From IMG/VR virus record IMGVR_UViG_3300022719_000136, positions 1 to 41,119 of that record: a DNA stretch of 41,119 nt. One strand, given 5' to 3'. Within the stretch, counting starts at the first letter, position 1; the number at the start of each line of letters is the position of its first letter. The DNA comes from a virus. Lineage: Duplodnaviria > Caudoviricetes. This document shows positions 37,535 through 41,119 of this stretch, piece after piece. The notes below the pieces were generated by a model that saw nothing but the letters and a program-made list of their open reading frames with translations, searched no databases and was not told where the DNA came from. Made by a program: the position numbers and the translations under genes.

Positions 37535-38893
37535 ATGGAATCAGCACAACAAGTATCGAGAGAGACAGGGACAAAATATTGGTTGAATCGGTGCGATTTA
37601 GAGGAGAAAGGAATTGCTTTGCCGCAACGCTATATGAATTTTGATCTCTGTGACACAGCGGGCGTCATTGTCGAGTCGATCGACTGGTTACCGGCTGGCG
37701 GACGCTTGCAAGATAAGCGACAAGAGTCGATCGGCGAGATCGCTATATATCAAGCAAGCATGCCGCTTCGCGAGCTTAGCTTGTACAGCGAGGCCCGAGC
37801 GTTGCTTGTTAAAGCGGGGTACGCAAAGATCGACTCTTTATGCTCGCACACAAGCGACAGGGCCGAGAACAGAACGCGTTTGTTTGCCCGTGTTGCGTAT
37901 CTGTATCCGCTGCTCGATGATGAAAACACGCTAACAGTCCCAGTGATGCTACAAAATGAGGTAGTCACAGAGGTGCCCAAGGAGTCACTCAAGGGTGACG
38001 GGCTGCCGCGAATAAAGCTTTGCTTAGCGCAAGATAATGACATCGCGAACAGTGCTATTTGTCTAGCTTTTCTGCGAGATCACGCACTGAGCGACGAGAT
38101 AAGAAAGGAGGCTAGCGATCTGCTCAGCGAACTAGCGTTAGAATATCGCACAAATCAGATTGAGCAGTTTCGACGCTTATCCGACTATCGTCGTCGCTCG
38201 GATCTCGAAAAAGCACGATCTAACTATAGATCGTATTGTGAGCAGCTGCAGGATATAACGTCGCAGCTTAGAGATGTTCACATCGCAAAACTCAGAGAGG
38301 CGGATAATATTATTAGCCTGGAAAAAGCGATTGAACAGCGAGCTAAGGACGAAGAGCCAGCAAAAGCGCTTGCAAAGCTTGAAAGCCTTGAGGGGATTAA
38401 GCGAGTCGACGTTCTGCGAGACACGATTTTATTGACGACTGAGCATATACGGATCCGAGAGCATCGAAGCGGGAGGCTGTATGATGTTGGAGTTTTTGAG
38501 ATTTCAGTCGCTCAGCATCGGCGCGGCGCCGATGCGATTCTGTTCGCCAATAAGACGCGCAAGGTTTGCGGACACGGTCCTGACATGCACCATCCACATA
38601 TTTTTGATCGCGGCGATGCGTGCTTTGGCGATGAGCTTGGGGAGATGATTGCAAAAGTGCACGCTCGGTCCGATTATTTTCAGCTCGCCGTTTTACTTCT
38701 GCAATTTCTGCAATCGGTTAACGTGTTAGACATTGCGGGGCGAAAGATCTACGCATGGCCGCGAATCGACGAAGAGAGCGGCAAGCTTGTCAAGTCAGAC
38801 GGAGTAGATCCGTTGGACGATAGAGAGGAAGAGGAAGAGGAAGAGGAAGAGGATTTTGAAGATTGCGACGAGCCCGAATTTGACGACGATTAG
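37535..38893 (+). CDS. Coiled-coil plus E2 (UBC-like) conjugating protein with acidic tail
   Basis: HPHIFDRGDACFG (Cys363) matches the E2 HP(N/H)I...G..C active-site pattern; G.F.I.V strands precede it and an LLLQFL..VN helix follows; operon context. Confidence 0.75.
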   Translation: MESAQQVSRETGTKYWLNRCDLEEKGIALPQRYMNFDLCDTAGVIVESIDWLPAGGRLQDKRQESIGEIAIYQASMPLRELSLYSEARALLVKAGYAKIDSLCSHTSDRAENRTRLFARVAYLYPLLDDENTLTVPVMLQNEVVTEVPKESLKGDGLPRIKLCLAQDNDIANSAICLAFLRDHALSDEIRKEASDLLSELALEYRTNQIEQFRRLSDYRRRSDLEKARSNYRSYCEQLQDITSQLRDVHIAKLREADNIISLEKAIEQRAKDEEPAKALAKLESLEGIKRVDVLRDTILLTTEHIRIREHRSGRLYDVGVFEISVAQHRRGADAILFANKTRKVCGHGPDMHHPHIFDRGDACFGDELGEMIAKVHARSDYFQLAVLLLQFLQSVNVLDIAGRKIYAWPRIDEESGKLVKSDGVDPLDDREEEEEEEEEDFEDCDEPEFDDD

Positions 38894-38925
38894 TTTCGAA
38901 AACAACAAAAACAGGAGAAAATAAC

Positions 38926-39684
38926 ATGAGCAAGACAGTTAGATTTACGCGTGATTACGAGGTATTGATTGAGCCAATAGCGATGCTTAAGCAGCGTTAT
39001 ATCGTGGCGCAATCGAGCGCCGAAGTGGCTTGGCTAGGTGAAGTTGAGCGACATGGTGACACGTTTATCATCACCGATATTCACATCCCGGTTCAGTCTG
39101 TGAGCAGCACAACGGTCAATCTAACAAGTGAAGAGACGATGCAAGCTTACACAGAGTTGATGGCCCAGGGCATCGGCTTAGAGCGTTTGAGATATCACGG
39201 ACATTCCCACGTAAATATGAGAGTCAATCCGAGCGCGGTGGATCAGGATTATTTAAGGGAGGTTGAAGAGTCCGGCGTCGATTGGTTTGTACGTGCGATA
39301 CTCAACAAAAAAGATGAGCTTCGTGTCGATCTGTGTCTTTTTGCCGAGGGGATCGTGATTGAGGATATCGGATGTGCTGTTAATGAGGGGCTTGAGGAGT
39401 CAGTTGCTAATGAGCTTAGTCAACAGCTTAAAGAGCGTGTCACAGTCGAGACGATCCCGCTGTATAGCTATGGGCTCAATGGTCGGGGAAAAGCAGGCTC
39501 GCACTACTTGAGCGAGCATCGCGCTAATCAAGAAATGCAGCCGAAGAAAAAGCGTAAAGATCAAAAGGCACCCGCAAGCGCTCAGGAAGTTGCAGCGCTC
39601 CGGTTTGCTCCTGATCTTTGGGACGACGATGAGGAGTATTTAGCTGAGCATTGGCCGCTAGTGTCAGATCCGCAAGGAGATTAG
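38926..39684 (+). CDS. JAB/MPN+ metallopeptidase (Ubl-processing/deconjugating)
   Basis: Exact JAMM motif E33...H93-S-H95-x7-S103-x2-D106. Confidence 0.92.
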   Translation: MSKTVRFTRDYEVLIEPIAMLKQRYIVAQSSAEVAWLGEVERHGDTFIITDIHIPVQSVSSTTVNLTSEETMQAYTELMAQGIGLERLRYHGHSHVNMRVNPSAVDQDYLREVEESGVDWFVRAILNKKDELRVDLCLFAEGIVIEDIGCAVNEGLEESVANELSQQLKERVTVETIPLYSYGLNGRGKAGSHYLSEHRANQEMQPKKKRKDQKAPASAQEVAALRFAPDLWDDDEEYLAEHWPLVSDPQGD

Positions 39685-39686
39685 TC

Positions 39687-40388
39687 ATGGATTTATCAAA
39701 GCACTTACGCATCTTTAACCCCGCGGATCGCGATCTTATGTATCACGTTGTGGGTTGTGGTTCGGTCGGGTCAAAAGTCGCCATAGCGTTAGCGCGGCTC
39801 GGTTGTAAACGCCTCACGTTATGGGATTTCGATCAAGTTGAGGAACGGAACATTCCGAATCAGGCGTTTTTTCCGCCACAAACCGGCGAACCTAAAGTTG
39901 AGGCGCTAAGGAAGTTGCTAGAGGGGATAAATCCTCAGATATCGACGACGCTCGAAGCAAAAGGGTTTTTGTCGACTCAGCACGATCTTAGCTCGTCGGG
40001 TAACTATGTTGTGTTCGCTTGTGTCGATTCGATGCGGGTCCGCAAGGAGATATTCGAGCAAGCTCGCAAGCACTTAGCATGTCGGGTGCTCGTCGAGGGC
40101 AGGCAAGGGATTTCCGATGGCAGAGTTTACACGCTCAAGCCGATCGATGCGGATCAAGCCGAGCTGTACGCGGAAACGCTATATTCCGACGAGCTTGTTA
40201 AGCAGACCGGTGAGCAGGATGCGTGCGGTTTTATGCCAAGCGTCGGTGTGACGTCTGATTTTACATCGTCTTTGATGGTGTCGCAGTTTATCAACTGGCA
40301 CAGAGGCAAACAGCCAGCACACGAGGTTATCTATAATCTGACGCCGCTCGGGTTGTATCATCGCACCTGGGGTGAGGATTACGAGTAG
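39687..40388 (+). CDS. ThiF/MoeB/E1-family Ubl-activating enzyme
   Basis: GCGSVGS, DFDQVEERNIPNQ, KVEAL, CVDS..R; candidate catalytic Cys180 in DACG; AAGGAG RBS before ATG at 39687. Confidence 0.93.
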   Translation: MDLSKHLRIFNPADRDLMYHVVGCGSVGSKVAIALARLGCKRLTLWDFDQVEERNIPNQAFFPPQTGEPKVEALRKLLEGINPQISTTLEAKGFLSTQHDLSSSGNYVVFACVDSMRVRKEIFEQARKHLACRVLVEGRQGISDGRVYTLKPIDADQAELYAETLYSDELVKQTGEQDACGFMPSVGVTSDFTSSLMVSQFINWHRGKQPAHEVIYNLTPLGLYHRTWGEDYE

Positions 40389-40474
40389 TGAGCGATGGGA
40401 CCGGGTTAAACCATAGAGCGTATCAACTGCGAGGAAAAACGGATCAACGCGGCTATTCCCCGGCTCCGGGGTTG

Positions 40475-40663
40475 TTACGTTCCCTTCTCCTTCGAGTCGA
40501 TAATTTTTTTAACAGCCCGCTCCCAAAACTCCTGAATTGAGACTTCTCCTAGCGCGGCTGCTAAGTCCAGATAAGTCTCTTCCCCCAAACGCACCGTGAT
40601 CTTTCTGTGCTCATTGGGGATCCAGCGCGGATCCCCTTTTTTGCCTCGCCTGCTAGTTTTCAT
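40475..40663 (-). CDS. Ribbon-helix-helix DNA-binding protein
   Basis: RKITVRL.EE.Y.DL......SIQEF.ERAV pattern. Confidence 0.65.
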   Translation of the reverse strand: MKTSRRGKKGDPRWIPNEHRKITVRLGEETYLDLAAALGEVSIQEFWERAVKKIIDSKEKGT

Positions 40664-41078
40664 TTGTTTTCATCGTCTTTTTATTTTTTAACTCAATTTT
40701 CTGCGCTTCTTTTTCCAAATGCAGCGCATACGCCGCGGCGTCTTGTGGCGTATGTGCCCACTCCCAGCGCAGCGGATTGACTGCACGCAATGCGGCGCAC
40801 GCGGCGCTCCAGACTGCTTGTTGCGCCGCATGAGATTTACTATACTTTTCCGCACCCGCCGCATTGCGCACAGTCTGGATGCTCTTCCACCTTTGCCTCG
40901 CAGCTTCCGCGATATCGCTTAATTCGGCTCGCGTGATATGACCCCCCGCAAACTGTTTTACTGCGTCAAGACACTCTCTAATGCTGTTGTCGTCATAGAG
41001 AGTTTCGTATGATCGCAAGACGCCCTCGGCGTGTTTGACGTCAGCAAGTATCTCTTCTGTCGAGTGTTCATTTTTCAT
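40653..41078 (-). CDS. Imm5-like helical protein (paralog of 35810-36334 C-terminal half)
   Basis: HAEGVL.SYE.LY.D.SIR.C.DA...FA.G.IT..EL aligns with the other copy. Confidence 0.7.
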   Translation of the reverse strand: MKNEHSTEEILADVKHAEGVLRSYETLYDDNSIRECLDAVKQFAGGHITRAELSDIAEAARQRWKSIQTVRNAAGAEKYSKSHAAQQAVWSAACAALRAVNPLRWEWAHTPQDAAAYALHLEKEAQKIELKNKKTMKTNEN

Positions 41079-41119
41079 TTTTCATTTTTCATTTTTTCGT
41101 CTCCTTATCGGCTGCTAGT
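40968..41119. repeat. Terminal direct repeat, right copy
   Basis: Matches 1-145 with one extra CATTTTT unit. Confidence 0.95.

Noticed and set aside
37155-39684. Ubl and JAB as lambda tail-assembly I/K homologues
   Set aside because: Far from the tail genes, no NlpC/P60 fusion, no tape measure or long tail, and E1/E2 are present.
39687-40388. ThiF/MoeB as an auxiliary cofactor-biosynthesis gene
   Set aside because: No thiG, moaE or rhodanese partners; the canonical CxxC zinc pairs are absent; E2 and JAB neighbours point to conjugation.
1-41119. Alternative genetic code or tRNA genes
   Set aside because: Core genes are intact under code 11 with all three stop codons used, and no cloverleaf was recognised by eye.

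Overview
The window looks like one complete ~41 kb tailed dsDNA phage genome, podovirus-like and probably infecting a diderm host (it encodes lipoproteins). Bases 1-145 are repeated at 40968-41119, giving a unit length of about 40,967 bp. The + strand carries an HNH nuclease, terminase, portal, scaffold, major capsid, adaptor, nozzle, ejection proteins and a lysis region. The remainder holds RusA, RecT/YqaJ, a lambda-O-like initiator with internal iterons, several small regulators and short accessory genes. I found no integrase, DNA polymerase, RNA polymerase, tRNA or CRISPR array. The standout is a phage-encoded, apparently complete ubiquitin-like conjugation cassette at 37155-40388. It comprises a divergent beta-grasp Ubl ending ...TG-SAV, a coiled-coil E2-like protein with an acidic tail, a JAB/MPN+ peptidase and a ThiF/E1 enzyme. 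Two other notable observations are a large terminase whose nuclease motifs are in circularly permuted order, and a heptamer tract (AAAAATG)n that differs in copy number between the two terminal repeats at a gene start. All family calls come from reading motifs by eye, not from database searches.
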